From: Kofleriaceae bacterium
GTDB lineage: Bacteria > Myxococcota_A > Polyangia > Haliangiales > Haliangiaceae
Length of the DNA: 64,000 bases
Direction: 5' to 3'
Assembly: GCA_046597055.1 (NCBI GenBank)
Contig: JBKJLC010000101.1
Coordinates: 1 to 64,000 of the forward strand
Shown here: positions 1 through 9,887 of the stretch, piece by piece
Numbering within the stretch: the first letter of the stretch is position 1
Layout: every line of letters begins with the position of its first letter
Notes under the pieces: generated by a model
The model's input: only the letters and a program-made list of their open reading frames with translations
Database searches by the model: none
What the model was told of the DNA's origin: nothing
Position numbers and translations under genes: made by a program

Positions 1-113
1 CCCGGCGCTCCGGCGCTTACCGGGACGGGACTCTCACCCGCTGGATCTCCACAGCGTGACGGCGGTTCCCCGGCCCGAACCGGACCGAGCTTTCCGCCGT
101 CGTCACGACGCAC
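1..113 (-). mobile_element. probable 5' end of a group II intron (continues off the left edge)
   Basis: Minus strand reads GTGCG at 113..109, 2 nt after the TGA of the upstream gene. A GC-rich stem follows, then ATCCAGCGGGTGAGAGTCCCGTCCCGGTAAG, resembling the domain I 5' segment of bacterial group II introns. Domains V/VI and the RT ORF are not in the window. Confidence 0.65.
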
Positions 114-115
114 CA

Positions 116-667
116 TCAGCGCGAGGATACGCCCGGGACGCGGCGCAGCTGGAACGTGGCGTGGTCTTCGCCGCGGACCCGGTTGGACCAGGCCAGGGCG
201 TCGCCATCGAGGTCGATCGTCACGACGATGTACGAGGGATCCTCGCTCACCCACTGCGGGACCCCGTCGAGCGCCCCCGCTGGCTTGAGGGTATGGGTCT
301 GGACGCCGAGTCCCGGCAGCGCGCCCTCGAAGCGCAGCAGCCAGAGCCCGTCGGGCCGGTCGCGATGGAAGCGGAAGTCGAGGTACGCCTCGGGCCCAGT
401 GGCCAGCCGGGCGTGCACCGCACCGTCCGGCTCCAGGACGAAGTCGAGCCCGAAGCGCATCTCGCCGAACGGGGTGTCGGCGTTGCCGCGCCAGCTGCCC
501 AGCAGCAGCGCGACCAGGGCGGCGTGCGGCGCCGGAAGCGAAGCGGGTGCCGGCGTGGCGCTGGCAGTCACCGCCACCGGCGCGACCGGCGCCGGCGCGG
601 TCGGCGCGACCGGCGCGTGGGCACCGCAAGCCAGCAGCAGCAGGAACGGCAGGTAGGGACGCGTCAT
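116..667 (-). CDS. hypothetical lipoprotein (beta-rich)
   Basis: Start chosen at ATG 667 (MTRPYLPFLLLLACG, lipobox LLAC); Pro/Ala linker, then globular region; GC3-biased codons. Confidence 0.75.
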   Translation of the reverse strand: MTRPYLPFLLLLACGAHAPVAPTAPAPVAPVAVTASATPAPASLPAPHAALVALLLGSWRGNADTPFGEMRFGLDFVLEPDGAVHARLATGPEAYLDFRFHRDRPDGLWLLRFEGALPGLGVQTHTLKPAGALDGVPQWVSEDPSYIVVTIDLDGDALAWSNRVRGEDHATFQLRRVPGVSSR

Positions 668-800
668 GTCCCCACCATGCGCAGTCGCGTGCGCGACCAC
701 CATCGCCAGCCGACCGGCGGCGGCCCCCGGCCGACAAACGGCGGCGCCGATCGGGCGCGGCCCCGCCGGGCCACGGATGACCAGTGCTGGCGTCGAGACG

Positions 801-2504
801 CTACGGCTTGGGGACGGCCGGGGTCCGCTCGGCGGCCCGGCGGGTGACGGTCGGGTCACCCGCCGCGGCCCGGCCCGGCTCGGGCGTCTGGCGCAGCGCC
901 GGGACCCGGGCGCTCACCTCGCTGGGCGCCAGCAGCCGCGTCGACGCCCACCAGCCGGCGGCATCGGCGGTGGTCCACGCCGAGATCTCGGGCAGGTCAT
1001 CGAGCGCCTTCAGCAGCGCGGTCGCGTCGCGGTAGCGGTCGGACGGGTGCTTGGCCATCGCCTGGGCCAGCACCGCCTCCAGCGCGGCCGGCACCGCCTC
1101 ACCGCGGCCCTCACGCACCGAGGGCAGCCGCGCGGTCGAGTGCTGCCGCCACAGCGACGCGTCACCGCCGCCCTGATCCGAGAACGGCGCGGCGCCGGTG
1201 AGGAGGAAGTACAGGGTCGCGCCCAGTCCGTAGACGTCGGAGGCGGCGGTCACGTCGGCGCCGAGGAACTGCTCGGGTGCCATGAACGCCGGGGTGCCCA
1301 GGGTGACGCCCTCCCGGGTGCTCTCGCCGGTGGCGCGGGTCAGCTCGCGCACCAGCCCGAAGTCGAGCACCTTGACGAAGTCGGGCGCGTCGCTGCTCGA
1401 CAGCGCGAACAGGTTGGCCGGCTTGACGTCGCGATGGACCAGGCCGCGCTCGTGGGCCTCGGCCAGCGACCTCGCCGCCTGCCGGATCAGGTGCACCGCA
1501 CGGGGGATGGCGAGCGCGCCGAACCGCCCGACCAGATCGGCGAGGTCGCTGCCGCGCAGGTGCTCCATCGCGATGTACGCGATGCCGTCGTCGCTGGCGC
1601 CGTAGTCGTAGATCTTGACCGTGTGCGGCGAGGTCAGGCTGCTCGCGACCTGGGCCTCGCGCTCGAAGCGGATCCACCGATCGTCGTCGGGGCCGGGCGC
1701 ACCGCGCAGCACCTTGATCGCGACGTCGCGGTCCAGATTGTCGTCGCGCGCCAGCCACACCTCGTTCATGCCGCCGTGCCCGAGCGGCGCCTGCAGCCGA
1801 TAGCGCCCCAGCCGCCGGGCCCGGTACAGCTGCGCCTTCGAGGTCCACAGCAGGTGCGCCGCCACGGTCGCGAACGCCAGCAGCGCGGTCTCGAACAACG
1901 CCGCGATCACGAACAGCGCGACCACGTCGCGGGTCTGCCACTGCGCGGACCGCACCGGATCGATCGCGGTCATCAAGATCAGCACGGCGAAGAAGACCAG
2001 GTGAATCGGGACCAGCATCACCGCGGTGCGCCGCCACGGCGACGGGATCATGGTCGCGATCGCGACGTAGTAGAAGGCCAGGCCATGGATGTACGGGCTG
2101 CCCAGCCCGCCGAGCTGGACCGCGATCAGCGCCATCAGGCCGCCGCTGGCCGCCAGCATCATCCCGGTCGCGGTCGCCATCTTCCGCACCGTCGCGGGCG
2201 CGCCGCGGGTGTAGAAGAACCAGCCGAACAGGACCCCGGTGCCCGCGACCCGGTACGCGAGCACCTGGTCGAGCGGCGCGTCGCCGTAGAGGACCAGGTA
2301 CAAGATGACGTCGACGATGCCGAACAGCGCGTAGGCAGCCGGCCCGACCGCGGACGCCCGGCGCATGCCCTCGGCGAGATCGGTCACGTCCGGCGACACG
2401 CGTGAACGCGTGCTCCGGGTCGAAGTCGTCCCCGTCGAGTCCCTCAAGATCCCGGTGATCGTAGCACCCGAGTGAGGGCGCCGGTTGACCGCTACCGATT
2501 GCAC
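801..2504 (-). CDS. membrane-anchored Hanks-type Ser/Thr protein kinase (N-terminal multi-TM domain); true start uncertain, possibly GTG near 2388
   Basis: [40 protein letters not shown] motifs; about 6 hydrophobic segments N-terminal. Confidence 0.9.
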   Translation of the reverse strand: MQSVAVNRRPHSGATITGILRDSTGTTSTRSTRSRVSPDVTDLAEGMRRASAVGPAAYALFGIVDVILYLVLYGDAPLDQVLAYRVAGTGVLFGWFFYTRGAPATVRKMATATGMMLAASGGLMALIAVQLGGLGSPYIHGLAFYYVAIATMIPSPWRRTAVMLVPIHLVFFAVLILMTAIDPVRSAQWQTRDVVALFVIAALFETALLAFATVAAHLLWTSKAQLYRARRLGRYRLQAPLGHGGMNEVWLARDDNLDRDVAIKVLRGAPGPDDDRWIRFEREAQVASSLTSPHTVKIYDYGASDDGIAYIAMEHLRGSDLADLVGRFGALAIPRAVHLIRQAARSLAEAHERGLVHRDVKPANLFALSSSDAPDFVKVLDFGLVRELTRATGESTREGVTLGTPAFMAPEQFLGADVTAASDVYGLGATLYFLLTGAAPFSDQGGGDASLWRQHSTARLPSVREGRGEAVPAALEAVLAQAMAKHPSDRYRDATALLKALDDLPEISAWTTADAAGWWASTRLLAPSEVSARVPALRQTPEPGRAAAGDPTVTRRAAERTPAVPKP

Positions 2505-2513
2505 GGATAGCCT
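2485..2513 (+). promoter_or_regulatory. sigma70-type promoter of the BMC satellite operon (probably leaderless)
   Basis: TTGACC (2485-2490), 17 nt, TAGCCT (2508-2513), 8 nt before ATG 2522; no SD sequence. Confidence 0.6.
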
Positions 2514-2521
2514 CGACCCAC

Positions 2522-2904
<383 letters not shown>

Positions 2905-2908
<4 letters not shown>

Positions 2909-3189
2909 GGCTCTGTCGCGTCCTCGGCAACGTGACCGCGACCGTGAAGCACCCGGCCTTTCACGGCCGCACGCTGCTGGTGGTCCAGCCGCTCGAACCC
3001 GGCGGCGCCGACGCTGGCGACAGCTTCATCGCGGTCGACCACGCCCAGGCCGGGCCCGGCGACCGGGTGCTGGTCCTCACCGAGGGCAACGGCGTCCGGC
3101 AGATCTTGAAGATGGGCGATCAGGTGCCGATCCGCTCGCTGGTCGTCGGCATCGTCGACGCGGTCGACCTGGCCGAGGGCGAAGCGTGA
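2905..3189 (+). CDS. EutN/CcmL family microcompartment vertex (BMC-P) protein
   Basis: [16 protein letters not shown]...LLVVQP...[18 protein letters not shown]...VVGIVD; ATGA overlap with upstream gene. Confidence 0.93.
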
Positions 3190-4028
3190 TCGCGCCGAGC
3201 GTGCGGGCCCGGATCGCCGCGGTCGCCCGCGACCTCCACGCTCGGGGCTGGGCCGCCAACCACGACGGCAACGTGACCGCGCGCGACGGCACGCGCTTCC
3301 TGGCCACGCCGACCGCGACCTCCAAGCGCCTGGTCGCCGACCGCGAGGTGCTCGAGCTCGACAGCGCCGGCAAGGTCACCGGCTCGGGCAAGGTGTTCGG
3401 CGAGATCGGCCTGCACCTCGCGATCTACCAGCGCCGCCCCGACGTCGGCGCGGTGGTCCACGCGCATCCGCCCTACGCGACCGCGATCGCGTGCGCCGCC
3501 GGGGGTGCGACCGATCATCCGATCGCGCGCCCGTTCATCGCCGAGGCCCTGGTCTCGCTGGGCCCGGTGATCCCGCGGCTACCGTTCGCGCTGCCTGGCG
3601 AGGCCGCGGTCCAGGCGCTCGCGCCCTGGTCCGAGCAGGTCGACGCGGTGCTGCTCGGCGGCCACGGCGCGATCGCGTGGGGCGCCGATCTCGAGCAGGC
3701 GTTCCTGCGCCTCGAGCTGGTCGAGCACCTGGCGCGGATCGCGCTCGCGGCGGTGCCGCTCGGCGGCGTCCAGCCGCTACCGGCGAGCGCGCTACCGGCG
3801 CTGCTGGCGGCGCGGGCCAAGGCCGGGCTCGGCCGGGCCGCCGACCGCGCGGTCGCGATCGCCGCCGACCTCGACCGCACCCAGGCCGCGCCCACCCGTG
3901 CGGTCATCGCGTGCGCGCCGGCACCGCACAGCGCGACGCCGACGATCGATCCGGTGCGACGCGGCGGCGCCGACGTGGCCGCCATCGTGCGCGAAGAAGT
4001 CGTCCGTGCGCTGCGAGGAGAATCATGA
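3186..4028 (+). CDS. class II aldolase/adducin family protein with C-terminal encapsulation-peptide-like helix
   Basis: [29 protein letters not shown] metal-binding motifs; tail [18 protein letters not shown] after a Pro/Ala linker. Confidence 0.9.
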   Translation: MIAPSVRARIAAVARDLHARGWAANHDGNVTARDGTRFLATPTATSKRLVADREVLELDSAGKVTGSGKVFGEIGLHLAIYQRRPDVGAVVHAHPPYATAIACAAGGATDHPIARPFIAEALVSLGPVIPRLPFALPGEAAVQALAPWSEQVDAVLLGGHGAIAWGADLEQAFLRLELVEHLARIALAAVPLGGVQPLPASALPALLAARAKAGLGRAADRAVAIAADLDRTQAAPTRAVIACAPAPHSATPTIDPVRRGGADVAAIVREEVVRALRGES

Positions 4029-4492
4029 CCGACGATCCCAAGCGCACCCTGGTCGAGCGCGCGCTCGCCGCCGCCGAGCGGGCCCGCCCGGCCCTTGCGC
4101 AGCGCCAGGCCAGCCTCAGCGAGGTCGCCACCGCCGCCGACCGTGCGGTCGCCACCGCGCGGGCCTGGCTCGCGGGCGGTGACGCGGCGATCGCCGAGGC
4201 CGCCACCGCGGCCACCGCCGCCAGCGCGGTGATCGGCGCCGCCTGGCTGCGCTGGGACGAGACCACCGGCATCGCGCGCGATCTGGTCCCGCTCAAGCGG
4301 GCCATCCACGCCGCCGAGGCCGCGATGCTCGCCGCCGAGGCGGCGGCGTGGACGCCGAGCCGCGGTCGCGCCGGCTCCGAGCACGATCCGGCCGAGCTGC
4401 GGGCGCGCTCGGTGCTGGGCCCCGCGATCGAGGTCGCCGAAGCCGAGCGGTGCGCGCACGCCGCGCTTCACGACGGCCGCCTCGACCGCTGA
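4025..4492 (+). CDS. hypothetical Ala-rich helical protein, translationally coupled to the aldolase
   Basis: GAGGAG SD, ATGA overlap at 4025-4028, GC3-biased codons. Confidence 0.7.
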   Translation: MTDDPKRTLVERALAAAERARPALAQRQASLSEVATAADRAVATARAWLAGGDAAIAEAATAATAASAVIGAAWLRWDETTGIARDLVPLKRAIHAAEAAMLAAEAAAWTPSRGRAGSEHDPAELRARSVLGPAIEVAEAERCAHAALHDGRLDR

Positions 4493-4504
4493 GCCCGCCT
4501 CCGG

Positions 4505-4972
4505 CTAAGCCGCGGTCGGCGCTTCGGCGTCGTACGAGAACAACCAGCGCAGCTCGCGTCCATCGATGCGCGCGGCCTGCGCCTTGCGCAGCGCCGGGAA
4601 GTCGTCGCGCAAGGTCAGGCTGCCGCCCAGCGCCGACAGCGCCGGCTCGTGGCCGACCATCAGGACCGCGCCGGTCGGGTCGACCGTCCGCAGCGCGGCC
4701 AGCAGGTCGCGGGCCGAGCCGGTGGGCCCCAGCGCCGGGATGCTCTCGATGGTCCCCTCCCACTCGAGCGTCTGCGCGAGCAGCTCGGCGGTCATGACCG
4801 CGCGGGTCAGCGGGCTGGTCCAGATCGCCGACGGCGTGCAGTCGTGCCAGCGCAGCCGCTGGCCGAGGTCGCGGGCGGCCCGCCGGCCGTCGGCGGTGAG
4901 ATGGCGCGCCGCATCGTCCCACTCGCGAGCCTCGTCGACCGCGTGGGCGTGGCGGACCAGGAAGATGATCAC
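4505..4972 (-). CDS. sixA: phosphohistidine phosphatase SixA family
   Basis: LVRHAHA, R.LT..G, TSPLTRA..TA, MVGHEP motifs. Confidence 0.85.
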   Translation of the reverse strand: MIIFLVRHAHAVDEAREWDDAARHLTADGRRAARDLGQRLRWHDCTPSAIWTSPLTRAVMTAELLAQTLEWEGTIESIPALGPTGSARDLLAALRTVDPTGAVLMVGHEPALSALGGSLTLRDDFPALRKAQAARIDGRELRWLFSYDAEAPTAA

Positions 4973-5040
4973 CTCCAGAGCCTCCCCACCGGCAGGCGTG
5001 CTGTCAACCGCGTCAGCCCCCGACGGGCGCGGGGACGGCG

Positions 5041-5499
5041 CTACTTCTGACGAACGACCTGCCAGGTGCCGGTCTGGATCTGACCGGTCGCGCCGACCTT
5101 GGTCTCGAACATGCCGCTGATCGAGTCACCCGAGACCGTGCCGAGGAAGCTGGTCTCGACCTCGCACTGGCAGTTGGGGTCCGTGTACGGCGACATCGTG
5201 CCCTTGAGCTGCCCACCGGCGACCTCGATGAACTGGATCTTCAGCGGGGTCGAGCCCTCCATGAACACTTCACCCTCGGCCGTGTGGCGACCGAGCTCGA
5301 GCGAGAGCTTGACGGTGCCAGTGCGGCCCGACTCGTTGCCCTTGTAGTCGCCGGCCCAGTTGCCGGCGATGTTCACCATCTCGGTGTCCTTGCCCTTGAT
5401 CTCGACGTCCTTCTGGCCGCCGCCGCACGCCGTCGAACCGAGACCCGCGACCGCCACAGACAGCCCGAGGAGGGTCGAAATGAAGATGCGCTTGAGCAT
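5041..5499 (-). CDS. hypothetical lipoprotein (beta-rich, CxC)
   Basis: MLKRIFISTLLGLSVAVAGLGSTACGG signal and lipobox; strong codon bias. Confidence 0.8.
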   Translation of the reverse strand: MLKRIFISTLLGLSVAVAGLGSTACGGGQKDVEIKGKDTEMVNIAGNWAGDYKGNESGRTGTVKLSLELGRHTAEGEVFMEGSTPLKIQFIEVAGGQLKGTMSPYTDPNCQCEVETSFLGTVSGDSISGMFETKVGATGQIQTGTWQVVRQK

Positions 5500-5558
5500 C
5501 TCTCGATAGTGCCACAACCTGCCGCAAGCCCGCGCGAGGCGGATCCGGATTGGCGAGC

Positions 5559-7106
5559 TCAGATCGGCTGGAGGCCGAAGGTCACCACCACCCGGGCCTG
5601 GTCACCGGTCATCAGGATCGAGATGTCCCGACGCCAGCCGGCCTCGAACGCGGCGTTCACCAGGTCGCGACCCATGTGGTCGTTGGCGGTCACCGGATCG
5701 TAATCGGTCAGGTCGGCGCCGAGCTGGATGACCTGGCCCCCCTGCGGCTTCACCTCGATGATCGCCTCGCTGACGAACTGGCCCTGCGGCCAGGTCTGAC
5801 CCTCGTTGATGACGACGTAGTTGCCGGTGCCCTTGTCGAACAGTGTGGCGCCGGTGGTGCCCTGGGCCCAGATCCGACCGTACAGCTCGAGGTTGTCGCC
5901 AGCGTCGCCGCCGTCGCTCTCGACGCGCACGCTCTTGAGGGTGACCTTGACCTTCTGGCTGACGCGCTCGCACTCCTTGAGCTCGTAGTCGGTCGTCAGC
6001 GACAGCCGGCCCGGTGAGTTGTCGCGCAGGTAGTTCAGCTTGTAGGCGATGGGCGCCCCCGGCGACGCCTTGGAGTAGTTGCCGCCGGCCTTGATGAACT
6101 CGATGAGCGCCGCGTAGCTGTCGATGGTGCGCGCCGCCTCGCCGCCCGAGCCGCCCAGGATGAACGCGGTGATCTTCGACTTCGAGATGATGTCCTTGTA
6201 GGTGACCGAGACGTCGCCCGACACGTCGACGCCGCCCGAGTACGCGAACTCGAGCGCCGCGCCCATCTCCTCCGCCGAGTACTCGCTCTCGAAGGTGAAC
6301 ACGACCATGCGCCCGTAGGTCACGCTGGCGACGTACAGCGGCGGGTTGGTCTCGGCGAGCCGGGCCTTGACGTCATCGAGGCCGACCGACGCGGCCAGGA
6401 AGTCACTCGGCCGCGCCGGCGCGTCGAGGTCGACCGTGTAATAGGCCTGCGTGTACTTCACGACGTAGCGGCTCTTGGTCTGCTGCTGCGACCAGTCGAA
6501 CGAGGCCGCGATGCTGGCCGCCGAGCCCAGCCATGACACCTGGGCGCCGAGCGCGAGCGCCAGCTGCTGGTCGGAGTGGATCTCCTCGATCTCCGAGTAG
6601 ATGTTGGCCGGGGTCGCGCCGTCGATCTCGCTGGCGAGGATGCTGGTGACCGCCTCGCGGTAGCTCGACAGGCTGGGGTGCTCGAGCGCGGCCGACTTGG
6701 CGCCGACCAGGTTCTCCAGGCTGATCGAGATCCGCAGCGGCCGGCGCTCGAAGCCGACCTGGCTGAACAGCCCCGAGTAGACCGACTCACCGGCGACGAT
6801 CGCGCCGGGCCAGAGCGAGTCCGAGTTGGCCGCGTAGGCGACGATGCGATCGAACTGCCGGGTCTCCGCGAGGTTCTGAGTGATGCACTGGTAGTCCCCG
6901 ACGCGCTGGGGCGCGGTGCGCGTCCCCTCCGCGACGCCCGGCGGCTCCGATGGCAACAGGGGCAGCGTCCGGATGTACGCGTCGATCTCGTCGGCGTCGT
7001 CGGACACCGGGACCTCGGGGAAGTCCTGAGCCGGGTCACCCACGGTCGCGTCACAAGCACCGATGGCGAGCGGAAGGAGGAGAGTTCTCAGTGCGAAGCG
7101 CATCAT
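5559..7106 (-). CDS. thiol-activated cytolysin family (CDC-like) lipoprotein
   Basis: Lipobox AIGAC; LWPGAIV, YTQAYYTV...SVTYGR, ILGG, PGAPIAYKLNYL motifs typical of CDC domains 1-3; no ECTGLAWEWWR undecapeptide. Confidence 0.88.
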   Translation of the reverse strand: MMRFALRTLLLPLAIGACDATVGDPAQDFPEVPVSDDADEIDAYIRTLPLLPSEPPGVAEGTRTAPQRVGDYQCITQNLAETRQFDRIVAYAANSDSLWPGAIVAGESVYSGLFSQVGFERRPLRISISLENLVGAKSAALEHPSLSSYREAVTSILASEIDGATPANIYSEIEEIHSDQQLALALGAQVSWLGSAASIAASFDWSQQQTKSRYVVKYTQAYYTVDLDAPARPSDFLAASVGLDDVKARLAETNPPLYVASVTYGRMVVFTFESEYSAEEMGAALEFAYSGGVDVSGDVSVTYKDIISKSKITAFILGGSGGEAARTIDSYAALIEFIKAGGNYSKASPGAPIAYKLNYLRDNSPGRLSLTTDYELKECERVSQKVKVTLKSVRVESDGGDAGDNLELYGRIWAQGTTGATLFDKGTGNYVVINEGQTWPQGQFVSEAIIEVKPQGGQVIQLGADLTDYDPVTANDHMGRDLVNAAFEAGWRRDISILMTGDQARVVVTFGLQPI

Positions 7107-7254
7107 GGTCGGACCATTCAGCAAGAGTCCTGCCACGGCATGGCGGCAACGTTCTCGGCTAGATGCGGCGTCATCCGCGTGGGGACAGAGGACTCCGGCT
7201 ACTCGACTGGCCGCGTCAGGTGGGGTTTCCTGACCCGCACGCACGCCGTGGTAC

Positions 7255-8019
7255 ATGCACCTCGTGGGCGGTCCTCACGACCCGGCGCTGGTCTTCCTGC
7301 ACGGCTTCGCGCACACGCCGGCCTCGTGGCGCGAGGTGCTGGCCGCGCTGGCGCCTGCGGGCGCCGTGCAGCTCTGTCCGACTCCCGGACACGACCCGGC
7401 GGTCCCGGTCGAAGCGACCTGGGAGGCGACCCTGGGGACCCTGGCGCGCCGCCTGCCGCCCGAGGCGATCGTGATCGGTTACTCGTTCGGGGCCCGGGTC
7501 GCGCTCGGTCTGCTCGCGCGCGACGCGGTCCGCGCCGCGGTGCTGATCGGCGTCAACCCCGGCCTCGCCAGCGAGGACGACCGCGCCGCCCGCCGGCGCG
7601 CCGACGCCGGGTGGGCCGACCTACTGCGGCAGCAAGGCACCGCCGCGTTCCTGGCCCGGTGGGAGGCGCAGCCGCTGTTCGCATCACAGGCGTGTGCATC
7701 GGCCGAGGTGCGCGCCCGCCGCCAGGCCGAGCGCGCCGCGCTGACTCCGGATGGCCTGGCCGCGTCGCTGGAGGTGCTCGGCCTCGGCGCGATGCCCGAC
7801 CTCACGCCGGCGCTGGGCGCGCGCGCGAACCGGGCCCACCTCGTGGTCGGCGACGAGGATCCGCGCTTCCGCGCGATCGCCGACCGCCTCGCCGACCAGG
7901 CCGGGGTGCGGGTCGATGTCGTCGTCGGCAGCGGGCATGATCCGACCCTCGAAGCGCCCGCCGCGCTGGCGGCGGTGATCGGGCGCGCCGTCGACCGGCT
8001 CACGCGCGTCGGCGCCTGA
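7255..8019 (+). CDS. alpha/beta hydrolase, MenH (SHCHC synthase)-like
   Basis: VFLHGF, PGH, GYSFGAR nucleophile elbow, PGL...RAARR..D..WA, W..QPLF, G..D.RF, GH motifs. Confidence 0.8.
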   Translation: MHLVGGPHDPALVFLHGFAHTPASWREVLAALAPAGAVQLCPTPGHDPAVPVEATWEATLGTLARRLPPEAIVIGYSFGARVALGLLARDAVRAAVLIGVNPGLASEDDRAARRRADAGWADLLRQQGTAAFLARWEAQPLFASQACASAEVRARRQAERAALTPDGLAASLEVLGLGAMPDLTPALGARANRAHLVVGDEDPRFRAIADRLADQAGVRVDVVVGSGHDPTLEAPAALAAVIGRAVDRLTRVGA

Positions 8020-8203
8020 GCGAGCTCGAGCACCACCGACCCCGCGAACCTGGTTCGCGTGTGCGCAGTCCCGACCGTTCACCCGAGATCCGTCCGGTGT
8101 GCGAACCGCACCTTCGATCATCGACATGCATGCGCGCCTGTGAGGTGCCGGACGCTTCTCGGACCCCATTGATAGATGGCCGTAATCGGACCACAACGAG
8201 ATG

Positions 8204-9871
8204 ATGGGGGCAGTCCTGAATTCCGGAACACGGGTGGTAGCCGCGGCGAACGCGGCACGCACGCGCCGACCCACCCACGAGCTCCTGCCCGCCGGCACCC
8301 GACTCGGCCGCTACGAGCTGATCCGGCGCCTGGCTACCGGCGGGATGGCCGAGCTGTTCCTCGCCCGCGCCGCTGGCATCGAGGGCTTCGAGAAGATCGT
8401 CGCGGTGAAGCGCATCCTGCCCCAGTACGCCAACGACGACGACTTCGTCCGCATGTTCCTCGACGAGGCGCGCCTGACCGCGACCATCCATCACGCCAAC
8501 GTCGCGCAGGTCTACGACATCGGCCAGAGCGACGGCGGCCTGTTCTTCGCGATGGAGTACGTGCACGGCGCCGACCTGCGCGGCGTGCTGCAGGCGCTGT
8601 TCGCGCGCGACGACCGGCTGCCCCTCGAGCACGCGCTCGCGATCGCGATCGGCGCCGCCGCCGGCCTGCACGCGGCCCACGAGCGCCACAACAGCGACGG
8701 CAGCTCGCTCGGCATCGTCCACCGCGACGTGACGCCTTCGAACGTGCTGGTCTCGTTCGACGGATGCGTGAAGCTGATCGACTTCGGCATCGCCAAGGCC
8801 GAGCGCCGGTCGACCGAGACCCGGGCCGGCACGCTGAAGGGCAAGATCGCGTACATGTCGCCCGAGCAATGCCTCGGCGAGCAGCTCGATCGCCGCAGCG
8901 ACGTGTTCTCGCTCGGCATCGTGCTGTTCGAGGCGTCGACCGGCACCCGGCTCTACCCCGGCGACAACGAGTACGCGGCGCTGCGCCAGATCGTCGATCA
9001 GGACGCGCCGTCGCCGTCGCAGCGTCGGGCCGACTACCCGCCCGAGCTCGAGCGCATCGTCCTGCGCGCGCTGCACCGCGATCGCGACGAGCGCTACCCG
9101 TCGGCGCTGGCGCTGCAGCTCGACCTCGAGGAGCTGGTGCGCAGCCTCGGGCTGTCGAGCTCGAGCCAGCACCTCGGCCGCTACCTGAAGGCCCTGTTCC
9201 CCGACCGCGCCAGCGAACCACTGACGTTCGACTCGCCGCCGCGCACCCCGGTCGCGCGCGGCTCGAGCCGCGTCGCGGTGCTGCTGTCGCCGCCGGACGA
9301 GCCGTCGATCTCGATCTCGGTCGAGCGTGACCCCGACGACTCGGGCGGGATGCGGAGCGCGGTCATCGGGACCTCGGGCGGCCTCGTGGTCGCCAGCGCG
9401 GTCACCCAGAGCCAGGTCTCGGCCGAGCGCGCGATCTACGCCCGCACCCGCGGCTGGCACCTCGCGCTCGCCGCGATCCTGGCCGCGACCGTCTCGGCGC
9501 TGATCGCGGTCGCGGTCGTGTGGACGATGCGGACCCCGCCCGCACCGGCCGCGGTCACGCCGACCCGCGCCGGCGCCACCCGCCCACCCGCTGCCGCTGC
9601 TGATCCCGCTGCCGTCGCCGCTGCCGCTGCTGATCCCGCTGCCGCTGCCCCTGCCGCTGCCGCTGCCGCTGCCGCTGCCGCTGCTGATCCCGCTGCCGCT
9701 GCCGCTGCCGCTGCTGCTGCCGCTGCCGATCCCGCTGCCGTGCGCACCGCCCCCACCGGCACGACCGCCCCCACCCGCACGCCAAAACCGTCTCGCCGTC
9801 CGCGCGCCTCGTCGGCACCGCGCGCGCCCTCGGGTACCTGGAACCCCGACTCGGCGCTGCCGCCCATGTGA
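8204..9871 (+). CDS. Ser/Thr protein kinase with TM segment and Ala/Pro low-complexity extracytoplasmic tail
   Basis: LATGGMAEL, VAVKRILP, HRDVTPSN, DFG, GKIAYMSPE, SDVFSLG; TM helix; ends WNPDSALPPM. Confidence 0.93.
   Translation: MGAVLNSGTRVVAAANAARTRRPTHELLPAGTRLGRYELIRRLATGGMAELFLARAAGIEGFEKIVAVKRILPQYANDDDFVRMFLDEARLTATIHHANVAQVYDIGQSDGGLFFAMEYVHGADLRGVLQALFARDDRLPLEHALAIAIGAAAGLHAAHERHNSDGSSLGIVHRDVTPSNVLVSFDGCVKLIDFGIAKAERRSTETRAGTLKGKIAYMSPEQCLGEQLDRRSDVFSLGIVLFEASTGTRLYPGDNEYAALRQIVDQDAPSPSQRRADYPPELERIVLRALHRDRDERYPSALALQLDLEELVRSLGLSSSSQHLGRYLKALFPDRASEPLTFDSPPRTPVARGSSRVAVLLSPPDEPSISISVERDPDDSGGMRSAVIGTSGGLVVASAVTQSQVSAERAIYARTRGWHLALAAILAATVSALIAVAVVWTMRTPPAPAAVTPTRAGATRPPAAAADPAAVAAAAADPAAAAPAAAAAAAAAAADPAAAAAAAAAAAADPAAVRTAPTGTTAPTRTPKPSRRPRASSAPRAPSGTWNPDSALPPM
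9588..9740 (+). repeat. (GCCGCT)n tandem repeat interrupted by GATCCC (poly-Ala/ADP)
   Basis: Directly visible hexamer repeat inside the kinase tail. Confidence 0.9.
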
Positions 9872-9887
9872 CCTGCCCCGGAGAATC

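Noticed and set aside
7255..8019. Assigning the symbol menH
   Set aside because: Motifs are MenH-like but no other men genes are in the window
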